Below are positions 35,270-48,969 of a stretch of 64,000 bases of DNA, one piece after another; within the stretch, counting starts at the first letter, position 1, and the number at the start of each line of letters is the position of its first letter. Under the pieces are notes generated by a model. The model did no database searches, was not told the DNA's origin, and saw nothing but the letters and a program-made list of their open reading frames with translations. Source of the stretch: Basidiobolus meristosporus CBS 931.73 (taxonomy: Eukaryota > Fungi > Basidiobolomycota); contig MCFE01000178.1 of the NCBI GenBank assembly GCA_002104905.1, forward strand, positions 1 to 64,000, read 5' to 3'. Made by a program: the position numbers and the translations under genes.

Positions 35270-36199
35270 AATGTGTGGAACACAGGGGCTGCCTTGTAAA
35301 AAGATGAACTTTTATGTTTCTCACTCTGTGGCCAAGTATACTTCCACTACACCTCCCTGGCACACTAAGGCACCATTTACACTCCCTGCTCAATATGGGA
35401 CTATCCAGCAGAACAAGTCTAATAGCATTAAGTTGTTGTCAAATTGTTTTCCCCATTTAGAAGATTACTAAGATTCAATGCCTTAAGAGAAGAGAAAAAA
35501 GCCAATATGGCTATTGTATCAAGCTGCTCAGCCATGCATTATGCAGATAGCATAGGAAGTATTACAAGGATCACACACAGTGTTGTGCCACACATGTCAT
35601 ATGTGATCATTCATAAGTCACTATTGCACCAACAATTTCTTCCTGGCCACTTCATACTAATATGAATAGACACAAGACAGGACAGTTGGGCTAGGCAAGC
35701 CAGGACCAGGAAAGGACTTAAGTGTGGATCAATAAGGCAAGGCTGTCTATTCAGGACCTCTGTTAATCAGACTGAGGAATGCATAAGGCTGGATAGGACT
35801 ATATATACTTTTTGGCAATATGGATGCCAAGAGATATTGGCTAATGCTGATGGGGTTCTGGGGTGAGGCACAGTAAGTGTGCCTAGATAGCAATATACTG
35901 AAGAACAAACTAGAATATCATATGGGGATATGTCAGGGGTTGGCTGATCATGCAACCAGGTCATAGGACATATTATTACTATATAGAGTATGGAACTACA
36001 TAAATTCCAATGGGATGCTTCCATAGAATGTTCCATTATGTAATGTGGACCTGGAGCTTTCAAGAAGCTGCTAGAATGTAGTAGACTATCTTGAAGGAAC
36101 TTGGATTTCTTTATTGACTTGATTTGGCTTGATAATTGGTGGCCAGGGATGTCATGTTGTCATGACCCTATTCTCTTCTTTTGAGGGGCTCTCCTCAAA

Positions 36200-39100
36200 C
36201 TTTTGGCTTTGGCTTGTAGGGGTATGTCTTGTGAAATAGTGCAACTAGGTCTTAGCAGTTTGCTAGGTTTGCTGCTGGTTCCCAACTTTGATCATTTGAG
36301 TTGTGACTCACACAGTCTACCAGATAGTGAAGTTGGGGTCCAATGTATTTTGAATCCAACACTTACAGAACTTCAAACTCTTGGTACTTGTTTACTTGGA
36401 TGATGGGGGGATTAGCTGGGTGCTACTTGGGTAGAGTACAGTCATGCAATGGTTCTAGTAGGGATACATGGAATGTGTCATGGATTTTCATACTTGGTGG
36501 CAACTGTAGTTAGTATACAATTGGACTAATCCTCTTCTTGATCTTGAATGGCCCTAGTTTCTTGTAGTCTAATTTGTCACAAGGGTGGCTGGTAACAATG
36601 TTTCTTCTCAAGTACCATACTACAACTCCTTCATTAAGCTTGGGGCTAACCTGCTCTTTGTTGTCTGCAAACTTCTTGTACCCCTCATGGGCTAAGAATA
36701 GTTCTTTCTTCAGTGTTTCTGAGATTTCTAGAATTGTTGACACATGTTTAGCTGCCAGGGCACTCACAGGGCTTGTTGGAATCTGAATATCAAATTGCAA
36801 ATGAAAACTATAATTTGCATAGAATGGTGTGAGACCAGTTGCACTATGACATGAGTTGTTGTAGGCAAATTCTGCAAGTGGTAGCAACTGGGTCCAGTTT
36901 TCTTGCTGATAGTTGACATAGCACCGGAGGTGTTGCTCAAGGATCTGGTTTACTCTCTCTATCTGACCATCTGACTGAGGATGAGAAATAGTTGAGTGCT
37001 TGACTTGCACACCAAAATATGGAATGAAGTATTTTTAGAATTTTGATACAAACTGGGGTCCTTGATTAGATACAATATCACTAGGGATACTATGGAGCTG
37101 GAAAATGTTCTTGCTTACTAGGTGGGCAGTCTCCTTGGCATCTATATTCTTGGAGCAGGAAATGAAGTGAGCCATTTTTGTGAGTCTATACGTCACTACC
37201 AGGACTGAATAAATTTAGTTGGACTTTGGGAGGTTGGTTATGAAGTCCATTGAAGCTGACTTCCATTGCTGGTCAGGAATTAGCAAGGGTTGAAGAAGTA
37301 CTTATGGCTGGTGTCTGGCAGATTTTGCACAGTTACATATGTCACAGGACTGGAGGTACTCCTTGACAAGGGATATCAGCTTGGGCCACCAGAAGTCTCT
37401 CTTGATTGCATTCATTTTTATGGCAGTACCAAAATGTCCTGCAGCCATTGCATCTTGGCAAGAGTGGATGATATCTAACTGGGTATCAAGGTCTGGGACA
37501 AACAGTTGGTGCTGGTGATTGATGATGCTGTTGACTAGAAGTAGGTGCTGGAGGTTTGGGAACCTGTGTGGTGGGTCAGTGGGAGGCTTTAATATTTCTT
37601 CACTGTTGCTGCTGTGGAGTTGGTGGCTTGGCTGGTCTTGACTGTCTTAAGGAGAAGAGCAGCTATAATACTGGAGGACTGGGTTGCATGATGCTCAATT
37701 TGCCAACAGGCATCATCCCCTTCTTCAAGCAAATAGAATGCAATAGGGTGTTGCACATTCTTGTCACCATACTAGGAAAGGATGGCACCAAGGGCAAAGT
37801 CAGAGGCATCAGTTTCTATGATAAAAGGCATCTCAAGGTCAGGGTGGGCAAGCAATGGGGCACACAGGAAGGATTTCTTGAAAGAATCAAAGGACTCAGA
37901 CTGTTCTTTATTCCGGGCAAAGGGCAGATTCTTTTGGGTGAGCTTTGTCAAGGGAGGGCCTATCTTGGAGTAGTTATAAAGAATCTGCTGTAGAAGTTGG
38001 CAAATCCAAGGAAGGATTGGACTTCTTTTAAAGAGCAGGGAGTTTGCCAGGATTGGATGGCTTCTACCTTCTTGGGGTCTATTCTTGCTCCATTTGGGCT
38101 TATACAATAACCCAGGAACTCAACTTTGTTCCAGCCTAACTCAAAGTTTTCCTGTTTGGCATAGAGGCCTGCAGTGTGGTGGTGTAGAGGTACTCCTGGG
38201 TGAAACTACACAACTGAAGGTGTGTGAGGTGTCTGATGGGTGCAATAGCCTCTGGGTCTAAACTGCTGGTGTCTTTGTCAATATGTCACTATGGTAAAAG
38301 CTCCTGCTTCTCTAGCTTCCTAGGTGCTCCAAGTGTCTCTAAAGGCCTTGTGTGACTTGTGCACTACCCTGAACAGCTCCTGGATGGAAGGTCTGAGATG
38401 TATTGTTGAAGGCAGGGACAGTGATCAATTGCTAATCAGTAAGGGAAAGTGTTAATGACAGAAGGGATGATTCATTGATGAGGGATTGCCTTCCCTTAAA
38501 TACTTTTCCTGATTGCCAATTGATTACTAATGAGAAGGCTCAAGAAGATCCCAGGCACCAGTGGAATTCTTGATGACATCACTATAAGCTAAAAATATGC
38601 CAAGAATGTCCTGGAAGGTTCTCAAAGGCACAGCACATCCAGCCAACCAGGGATCAGTAGTCTGAAACCTGTGCAACATAGAGATACAATATATGGTATT
38701 TAAATGATAGGGATGGGAACACAGACCTAGGTCACGTGTCACAGGTACTGACGCAGGTACTTGCCTAATGTAGACACATATATTGATCAGAAAGCTGAAT
38801 AACATCTGGGGTAACTAATGCTAATAACTAATCAGGGTAAACATCATATGGGGACAATACTAATAATATGCGCAAAAGAAGAGTGGGATAATACTGATAA
38901 GATAAAATATAGACAAGTACATCATAATAGCTATGTGAGTAAACTTGTCAGTGGGAGGTATGTTTACCCTACCACAGTGGTGTCAAGCTAAGTCAAGAAT
39001 TTCTACCCAATGGAATTATATCCTTCTTAAGTCTTGGAGTAGATCATGATATCATCAAGATAGATAACCACAAATTGGTAAAGGTACTCCCCAAATTTAT

Positions 39101-40400
39101 CATTCATCCGGTGTTGAAAGACAGCTGGGGCATTGGTGAGGCCAAGTGGCATTACTTTACATTCAAAGTGACCATATCTTGTTCTGTAGGCAGTTTCCAC
39201 TCATTGCCAGGCTTGATCCTGAAAGTATTATAAGCTCCTCTGAGGTCAGTTTTGGTTAATACTTTGGCAGCAAAGAGTTGATCCAACAGGGTATTGATTA
39301 GAGGCAAAAGGTACCTGTTCTTGATTGCAATCTTATTCAGTGCATGGTAATCTACACACATTCTTAGGGTACCATCCTTTTTTTTGACAAAGAGGATTGG
39401 GGTGCCAACTGGGGACTTAGAGTGCTGAATAAAACCTTTCTGGAGGTATTCCTGGATATAGCCATGAAGTTCCTTCAACTCAGGTTGTAAGAGGTTATAG
39501 ATAGGGCCAAAAGGTGGGGTTTTTCCATCTTAAAGGTAAATGTGAAAGTCATAGGGTCTGTGTGCTGGGAGTAGTTCAGCTTACTTCTTATCAAAGACAT
39601 GGGCAAACTCATGGTACTTGGCAGGTATACCATTGGAGGGGGTTCCTTTAGTGATGCTTGGTTCTTGTGTCTGGGGTAGCTTGGGGAAAGATACTTCTTC
39701 ACCTGAGAAGCCAGATGCTTTCATGGAGTTGACCTGATGGACTCTGGGAAATGTCAGGGTTTTCGGCATCCAGTTGATAGCTGGGTTATGGTGACTAAGC
39801 CATGAGCTTGCAGGGACTATGGAGCAGTGGGGAGAGTTGATGATGTTAAAGGCCAGTGTCTTGTGATGAGCAGTACTGGACAGCTGGAGTGGACATGTCT
39901 CATGGGTAACAGCGCCAGAGGAGAGGGATCTTCCATCAATAGCTTCTACTTTGGCAGGAGAGAATTTCAGGATAGTGGGCATCTTGTGCTTCTGGACAAA
40001 CAACTGGCCAATGAAACTGGAGGAAGCATCAGAATCTATGAGGGCAATGACATGCACAGGACTGGATTCAGGGATATAGATATTGACAGGCATTCTTAAG
40101 GACTGCATGGACTTGGTAGAGTATGATGTTACTTGAATGTAATGAATTTTCATTGGAGGGTCCAGTTGCAAGCCTGCCATTGTAACTGGACCCTGGAGTT
40201 TCCCAGCAAATTTGGACAAGGTTGTTCATTTGATGATTGCCGTAGTCTGAAGCTGGACTTCTTGTTGGGACAAGACATGGCAAAATGGCCTGGTTAGCCC
40301 CAGTAGAGGTAGAGGTTTGCCTGTTGACATCTGGTTCTTGTATTTGGCACTGTCAATTTGCATAGGATCATCAGGCTTAGTACTGGGTGACTAGATTACT
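36200..40400 (-). pseudogene. pol: Gypsy-C pol with C-terminal chromodomain
   Basis: Protease ALIDSDASSSFI; [18 protein letters not shown]; RNase H IETDASDFALGAIL; integrase HPQSDGQIERVNQ; chromodomain EFEVL.VLDSK...LHYLVD...SWEP at ~36210-36400. Confidence 0.85.
38175..38976 (-). mobile_element. Solo LTR, family D-related subfamily; flanks gcag/gtgg
   Basis: tgtggtggtgta...ctaccaca; shares the U3 block with LTR-D; inserted in the Gypsy-C RT at ..TAGLYAK.. Confidence 0.75.
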
Positions 40401-40423
40401 GGGAAGGAGGTTGGCTAATAAGT

Positions 40424-40818
40424 AGACTTGTTCTGTTGGATAGTGCCACATTGAGCCATGAGTGCCAAGTGATGCCATAGTGTGCCCAGGAGGCCAAGAG
40501 GAGCCTATACTTGGCCACAGAGTGTGAGACATAGCTCTCCATCACCATGCAAGGCAGCCCCTGTGTTTCACCTATGATGCAGGAGAAAATTCATTTTTTG
40601 AAGTTTTTTTGTGAATCAATATGGTGCAGGATGTGTAATAGAACAGAAGAACTGAAGACATGCATCAGGTACTCAATACCTATGGCACTCTGAATCTAGC
40701 TACGGTGGCTGGTAACATGTAAGAAAAATGTATGGCACTATCTTGGTCCACTGGTACTATCTGGCCCTATAAGTGCTTTGTATAGATCTTACTTTAGGGC
40801 TAATAATTAAATATAGTA
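40424..40818. repeat. Half MITE (left arm and spacer); left flank AGT
   Basis: agacttgttctgttggatagtgcc through the central spacer. Confidence 0.85.
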
Positions 40819-43298
40819 TAACTTCCAATGCTGTAGCAGTTGTAAACTACACCAGCAGGGTAATAAAGTGAATGCAGCTTGGGCTAATAACTTTACACAG
40901 ATAAAGTATCCTTGCCTTCAGAGAGCAGGACTAGGGAAAGACTCAGAGTGATACCTACAGTGGGTATTCCTTTACAAGTTCTTCTCAAGCACTTTGGGTA
41001 GAAGGCAGAGGTCCACAGGCAAGTTAACAGCAGTTTGATTAAGCTGCTATGAATAGACACAAGGCAGGAGTGTAGGGCTAGGCAAGCCAGGACTAGGTAG
41101 GGACTTAGGTGTGGATCAACAAGGCAAGGCGTGTTTCCAAGGCAAGGCTGTTTATTCAAGACTTGTGCCTATCAGACTGAGGAATACACAAGGCGGGATA
41201 AGACTATATATACTTTTTAGCAATATCAATGCCCAGAGATATTGGCTAATGCTGATGGGTTCTAGGGTGAGGCACAGTAAGTGTGCCAAGATAGAGATGT
41301 ACTGAAGAACAAACTAGAATATCACATGGGGATATGTCAGGGGTTGGCTGATCATGCAACCAGGTCTTATGACGTAATATTACCATATAGAGTATGGGGC
41401 TACATAAACTCCAATGGGAAGCTTCCATATGATGTTCCATTGTGTAAAGTTGACTTGTAGCTTTCAAAAAGTTGCTAGAATGTAATAGAACTCTCCAGAA
41501 GGAACTTGGATTTTTTTACTGACTTGATTTGGCTTGATAATTGGAGGCCAGGGATGTCATGGAATTATGACACCTACCGCTATTACAACATCTGGCCATA
41601 CTTGTAACCATATGCAAACTGAGTCAGGTGAGTTTGTGACATCTTTAGGCTCCCCTCAGCATTCTGAATATGGCATGCAGAGTGATGGCTCTGAAGAAGA
41701 AGGCTCACTGCTGGATTGTGAGACTATTTCCCCTAACAACAGTACCCTGAATCAGACTGTCCAGATCCCAATACAAATAACACAACACCCATAGAAAAAA
41801 TTCTATGGATATTTATGGAGGCAAGTGACCAAGTAAGCCATCTACTGGCAAATGATGTAATGCTGCAGCGAGAGAGGTGGCATGTGGCAACAAACATCCG
41901 CAATGGGGGCTTTGAGTATTTGCTACTACTCCTTGCCAGTATCAATCCCATATGCAACTCATCATGTACATGAAATAAGGGGACAACCATCATGTGGCTG
42001 GCACCATATGCTGCTGTAGCTATCCCAGTACAAGTATGTGTTAACAGTTGCCTGGCATTTGCATGAGAGAATACCACTATTGCAAGGTATCCAACTTTTA
42101 AAGAATCTACCACTGCTGGAGGAAAACATTGCTCACATGCCAGATAGATTCTGGTAATATCCCATCTAAAGAAGCCTATGCAATGCAGCATATATTGTGA
42201 AGTTATAATGTACTGCACCCAGTAACAATCAAGTACAAATATTCTCAATATATTTGATGGCAAACATTACAAACAGCCCTGAAGCAAGGGCTGCTTTGAG
42301 GGTATGTATGACTATGCCTTTGCCTTAGCACTTGATGGATTCTATTTAAACATGTGTTTTACCAGCAAAACCTGCTGGCCTCTGATTCTCATTGGCCATA
42401 ATAAGCTGTCTATCTTGTGGTACCAGAGCAGCAATCTGACAATAGTTTCACTGGTATCTTGGCCTGAATTACTATCCATCCTGGATGGCTACCTGTAATC
42501 ATTGCTGGATGAATTTTGGATGCTTTCCAGCAGAATACTACTTAATGGTTATGATATCAAAGTGCATATCATCATCTGCATTAGAGATACCCCAGCATCA
42601 GCAAGATAGCTGGCTTTTCTGGGCACAATGTATGATATTGCTGTTGAATGTGTGAGATCCAGGGGATTTACTCCACAACTCACACACATGATACTTATCC
42701 AAACACCAATGCTACAAACATCATCTTCTCATAAAGGCAACATACAGACATCAGCATGCAATAGCAGCAAAGTTGGCAAGCTATAAGCCATCTGCAGGAA
42801 TATGGATTACTTGGTAACTGGATATACCTGAGATAGAGAGTATCTTTAAGAGCAAAACCTTTCTACCATGAGCAATGTATTTGCTTTTTGGCAATACCCC
42901 TGTGCTAATAATCAAGTTATACATGCAGCTTTTTAAGTTAAGTGAGCACTTTGACATACTAGAAATATTTAAAAGAATGGCAAGATACTACAGAGTATAT
43001 TCTACCCAAGGCACTGCTCACAGCTTCAAATCAAAATTCATTCATATATGTAACATTACAAATTCAAGGACTGGATAGACTTGATATGTAGTTATTCATG
43101 TGGCCTTCTGAAGCCATATCTATTAGGAGTACATTGTAAGCATTGCAAGTCATATGTTGAAGTTGTAGGAATATCTATCCAGAAGAGGATCCTTAGTGCC
43201 AACTTGATGCATATACAACTTTTGTGCAAGGTTTTTGCAACAGGATATGATAGCTTATGCTTCAAGTATAAAGCTGGATATGTAGATCTCTGTTGCTA

Positions 43299-45430
43299 CA
43301 CTGTGAAAAATTATAGTGATGATCTCATAAAAAGGCAGTCTCAGATTTTATGCCCCATGATTAAGAGGTATTGCTCCCATCAAGATACTGCACAAAGAGA
43401 GTCACAAATTATTTCACCCTGCATTTCACAAAAAACTTGGTCAATATTTCTTATCACAACAATACAAAAGTGGCATTTGATTGGTTCTCTGCCAATCTTC
43501 CCTCTTTCTGATCCCAGACACTCTACCACCTCCTACAGTGGTGTGTATTGATTGGCTATTGCCACTTTTTCTCACTACTTACTTCCAAACTCATTCATCT
43601 CTCTTATATTGATTGCTTACAAACTGATTTATTTCTGCTGAAACTTCAGTTGCACCACAATTGCCAATTTTATTGACCTATGCAAGGCCCTATACCCAAC
43701 ACTGACATTAAGCCCAACTCCACACTCAGCAAGTAATTCCATTAAAATTCACCACTCATTATGTAATTCTGCTGTAATTCTCTGCTTCCATGACTTTGGT
43801 AGGAGCCCCATGTCTTTAAGCCACTGTTCTTTTACTGGTTCACATACATCCTGGTGATCAACCTGCACAGCAAGGTCTAGCACCTTATCTGCCAGTCTTT
43901 GCAATAACTACATGCAATATTTGAGTGTGTTTTCTGGAGCACTTCCCTTAAAGAAGTGCTGCAACCTCTTAGTTTGCTTAGTTATGTTCCAAGATTCCAC
44001 TAGAGGTACTGTGATAGTATTTTGAGTTCTTGATACTGATACTTTGTCTGCCAGTGGGATCTCCACTCTGTCATCAGTGCAGGCTGTGGAGGCTGTGGTA
44101 GACAAGTTTCCTTTCTCTGCAAACACATCTTCCTCACTGAAGTGTATCTCAACTGACTGTGCTTCCAGCTCTTGCAAAAAAGCTGTTTTCTTGTTAGTAA
44201 TTCTTCTTGACTATTATGGGATTCAGCCTGTTCTGGGCTTATGGCATTGAATGGCAAGAACTGCAGCTTTTTCTTGTACCTTCCTGTCTCTGGCTTAGGT
44301 AGACATTTTTCCCTATATCACTGCCAGGTTTTCAAAGCTACTGAGAAATTCTTCTATTGAACCACATTGCTCCTTAATAAATGCTGCTCTGATGCATCTG
44401 TTTTGGCCCACTTGTCCTGGGCTGCCACTCTGCAGGTAACCAGATGCTTCTTTTCCAACTTTTCTGAGCTTGCAGCCCATGTTCTGATATGCTCATGAGG
44501 TAGCCACTTGTTTATATCACTGTCAGGTCCTTGACTGCTACTTAGACTGTGTGCTTCTTGAGTAGACCTACACTTTTTCCTTGAAGAATGTAGCGCTGAT
44601 GCTGCTGTGTCTGCCTGCTTCCCCTTATCAGCATTTTTCCATCTACTGGATTTTTTTTTGACCCTTGTTTGAATCTTTTGGCCCAGCTAGTAACAGGCTA
44701 TTGAGGAAGCTGCCGGTTTTTAGCTCTTGCACCCGTGTTCTTCCGCCTTTGATAGTTTCTGCTATTATTCTGATACAGTCTTGGCAAACCAATTCTGGCC
44801 TAAAATCTGCTTGCTTGTTTGAGTCCAGGATAATGCTCATGGGGCAAGTCAAGCACATTCTGTTTGGCCTTGAGTATGTGATGGTCCCATGGTATGCTGG
44901 CCTTAAAGTGCTGGTATGCTAGACTTCAAACAGCTACTTAAATATTGGCCCACTCTTCATCATTGCAGTCAACAGCTTCAGGGATCTAAAATGCCATTTT
45001 ATTTGTAGTATTTGGTATAAACAGTATATCTTCTCCCTCCCATGCAGTGATGGGCTTTTCTGTGTGCATTATCTTTTGGTACTGTTGTTGTGCTTTAACA
45101 ACTCTATAGTATTCCTCTGCTGTTACATTATGAAATGGCTTAATTCTTAGCTGTGACATTGAGCTACTTGAGCTCCTTCTTTGCAGCAAAGATACTGCTT
45201 GATCTATCTGGGATATTGATTGCTCTACATCTTTAATCCACTCATCCTGTTTCTGGACTATTTCCTGCTCTATCTGGGCCATTACATTTATTCTGTCAGT
45301 CACTACACCAAATGCCTCACTAATGCTTTGGTATGAGCTGACAACATACTTCCTAATATAGGGGGTGGTGATGTTATGATGACTACATGCTGGTCTTCAG
45401 CTGAAGGAACTGCTATTGCTACATTTGCAT
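43299..45430 (+). mobile_element. CMC copy: left TIR plus partner gene (-)
   Basis: Starts CACTGTGAAAAATT; ORFs 43908-44177 and 44986-45303 are homologous to the partner protein. Confidence 0.7.
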
Positions 45431-45469
45431 CTGTCTGTGCATTATAGTCAGCTTGCAGCTCTGCAGAGA

Positions 45470-47680
45470 TCCTCAATCACTTACTTTGCATACACTCTGT
45501 AATATCATGCCAATTTTCACCATGCACCATGTACAACTTGGTCATTACTATAGGGATGTTGCTGAAAAGCAAATGCATAACTCCCAGTGGAAAGCTTTTG
45601 CTCCAACAGAAGCCCTCTATCTTAAGTATCTTGCCAACTTTGCTGCAACTATATACAGACTTCTGCATGCTCTTTTTGCAAGAATATGGTTCTCTTAGTG
45701 CTGGTATTTGGGTAATAATATTATATGTGAGTTATGGACTAAGTACCCTGGCTCTCACACTTTCCACAGACGCAGTCTCATTTGCTGATGGCCTGGTATC
45801 TCCAATGCAGATAATAAAAAGTGCTTTGACATGATGGACATTTGCTGTTATCTTGCTGAAAAGCAAATAGAACTCATCCAGCAATGGATACAGGTAGCTT
45901 TCCAGGTTGAACAGTGATTTTGGCCCAGATACAAGTGTGACAACCATCATATTCCTGCCCTGATACTGTAAGATAGGTGGCAGATTCAGGTTGATGAGAA
46001 TCAGTGGCCAGCAGGATTGGCAGGCAGAGTACTTGTTGATGAGAATCCATCAAGTGCTAAGGCATAGGCATGGTCAGGCATACCTTCAAAGTAGAGCTTA
46101 CTTCCTAGCTCTATGTAATATTTGCCATCAGATATGTTGGATATGTTTGTGCTTCACTGATACTGTGTGCATACCTAGAAGCTTCACAATATTTGTTGGA
46201 TTGCAAGAGCATTCTTAGTTAGGGTGTACCAAAGTATATCACATGTGTAAACAATTTTTCCCTAATGGTATGGAATCTTGAAAAGTAGGAAACCTTGCAA
46301 TAGTGGCATTTTTTGATGTGAATGCCACTCAACTGTTGACACAGGCTGGTGATGGGATGGTCTTTGGTTCATATGTTACCAGCCACATGATAGTGGTTCA
46401 TTTATACCATGTACATGGCAAGTTACATCCCAGGATGATTCTGGCAAGAGTTTGTAGTAAATCCTTAAGTACTTTGTTGCTTCCCAATCTTTGCCAGACT
46501 GAATGAGTTACTTTAGACAGGGTATCAATGAATGATATCCTGAGAGTGAGCAACCTTTTCCCCCAATGGTGGTGGATTGATGACAAGTAGGGTCATTAGT
46601 TGCCAGCTGCATGATGGTTGTCCACTTATACCATGTGCATGGCAGGTTGCATCTCAGGATGATTTTGGCAAGATGTAGTGGGTAAATCCTCAAAGCCACC
46701 ATCTCTTGGCATTATTTCTATAGATGTTGTCTCATTGCAAATTGTGATTTTACCAGGTTCAAGCAGGGTACTGCTATCAGTGTTTGGCTAATTTTACTGC
46801 CAAATAAAGTTAAGATACATCATAGTGTTTAGGCAGTATTTTGCGGTCTTAGTGCACTCTATAACTATTAGAGTAGGCCTAACTTGCTTGTTCATCCAAT
46901 TGCCTAATATTGCAAAAGACTGACAGTGATTTGATGCCTTCATTGTAGCCTCTGATTGCATTGTTATGGCAATATGGTGGTCTACAACTAGTTCTGTATA
47001 ATTCTGCCATGCCAATATGCCATATAGCACTTACTCTTTATACCTCCCCTTGTGCAATTCATATATATTCTACTGTGGAGTCACCCCTGTTTATTTGCTT
47101 ATCCACTCCTACCTTGGGTATTTCACATATTTATTGAATCCAAAAATACTATGGTTTAATGCTTATTGATCTCCATAAATATGCACACCTGCTGCAAATC
47201 ATTTACTTATATTACTGCAACCTTACTGATTTCTCTATCTCCTCACACATCCACTCTGCAGGAAACTCCCCCAAGGGGAAGTATGGCCCAATATTCCCAA
47301 TGCACCCAGCAAGTTGGAGTAGAGCATGGGCACAGTAGTGGCAGAGATCTATATGTTCAGCTTTATGTTTGTTATATAGCCATTCAAATATCATCACAAA
47401 TTCCTTGCACCCAGTTTGTAGATACTTCAAGTTGGCTTTGATGATCTGCTTCTGGATAAATATTCCTAAAATATCCACATATGACTCCCAATGCTTCCAA
47501 TACACTCTTTGTAGAAATGCCTTCAGGAGGCCACTTGAATACATATATATCCAGTCCATCCAGTCCTTGCACATGTGTTGTTGCATATGCTTATCAATTT
47601 GCTTGGAGCCCATGAAAGGTACTTAGGATGGCAGATACTCTGTAATATCTTGCTAATTCTTTCAAATATCTCTAGTATCA
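45470..47680 (-). pseudogene. Two CMC transposase fragments (45470-46790 core; 46790-47680 DUF4218-like and 3' flank)
   Basis: ORF 45732-45950 GPKSLFNLESYLYPLLDE; ORF 47212-47613 HALLQLAGCIGNIGPYF..EFPAEWMC. Confidence 0.75.
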
Positions 47681-48969
47681 TGAGGTTCCCATTTTGCTTA
47701 AAATGCCGCCTGTATAACTAAGATGCAGATCCACCTTGAGGAAAGGAAGCCTTAGACTATAGTAACAGGAAAATAAGTAGAGCCCAAAAGAACAGCAGAA
47801 GAAGTGGAGATTTCTCAAGAGAAGGAGAGAAAGGTCTTTAATGCCACATATATCAATGTGCAAGATTACTTCATTGGACAAATCCATGCCTCAAATACTG
47901 CCAAAGCAGCATGGGGATCCTGAGAGAAGATCTCTAGAGCAAAGTCAGTATCAAGCAAGCTTTATTTAAAAGATATTTCTTCAATATGAGGAAGAAGCAG
48001 GATGATGACATGCTACAACTCATTACCAGAATGGAGACACTTGCAGAAGAGCTTGACAGTATTAATGCTGATGTAAATGATGAAGAAAAGATACTTTGTG
48101 TGCTTTGCAGCCTACCAGACAAGTATGAGCAACTCATACTTTCTTTTGAAAGCAAAGAAGATAATTTGACTTTAGACTATGTGAAATGAAGACTTTTCCA
48201 TGAAGTACGCAGATGTAATGATCAAGCTGAAAAGATTGAAGATAATGCTTCATCCAGTTCGGACAGGCACTCAGAAAAGAAGGGAAAGCAGCATAATCAA
48301 AAAAAACCTGGATGCTGTAACTACTGTAAAAAGCCAGCACACTGGGCAAGAGAATGCAAGAAGAAATAAGCAGACAAAAAACAGAAACTAGAGCAGGCAA
48401 ACTATAAAACTACAAATGAACAGTTATTTGTAACTATACAAAAGAGTACAAGTAACCAAAGTAATGAAAGGTATTTTGACTCTGGAGCATCACCACATAT
48501 TGGTGGTATTAAGGAGTGGTTCAGCAACTTAAGACTATTCCCTTAAGAAAGGTTTATCTGGGAGATAACTCTGCTCTGGAGGCTACCACTAGTGGGTCTT
48601 TACAACTAAATAAAAGCAATAGCTCAGGGGCAACAACAGCAAGACCAACTGACGTACTCTATGTATCCAGAATAGCTATGAACCTACTCTCAGTCAGTAG
48701 AGCAGCTGCTCAGGGACTGAAATTTGTTTTTACAAAGATAAGCTGCTCAATATTGAGTGAAAATGGACAAAAATTAGCTTCAGGAATCAAAGATCACAAT
48801 ATGTACAAGTTACAGTGCAAGATCATTGTACCTGAGTGTGCCAACATTGCTGAAACTGATGAAACCAACTAGGAGATGTGGCCAAGGCTAGGACACATTG
48901 GGGAACAGAAAATGAGCCAACTGGTGAAAAATCAGCTTGTTTTGGGCCTAAAATACTCAATTCCAATCA

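Larger units (their letters stand above)
33442..35420. mobile_element. Older foldback MITE (TSD AAT) hosting two younger MITEs
   Basis: Ends agactggttcc and gaacaagtct; aat on both flanks; flanks rejoin the CMC promoter sequence. Confidence 0.8.
35658..41572 (-). mobile_element. Chromoviral Ty3/Gypsy element, family C, degraded (LTRs 35658-36167 and 41045-41572)
   Basis: LTRs match the solo LTR-C copies; flanks catac/cctac rejoin the CMC transposase; most of gag is missing. Confidence 0.8.
31492..43298 (+). mobile_element. Most complete CMC copy: left TIR, partner gene (-), promoter, transposase (+); hosts the MITE nest and Gypsy-C
   Basis: Begins CCCTATGAAGAGTAATT; partner ORFs 32069-32257 and 33114-33305; transposase 35470-35657 resumes at 41573 and is cut by another CMC end at 43299. 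Confidence 0.75.
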
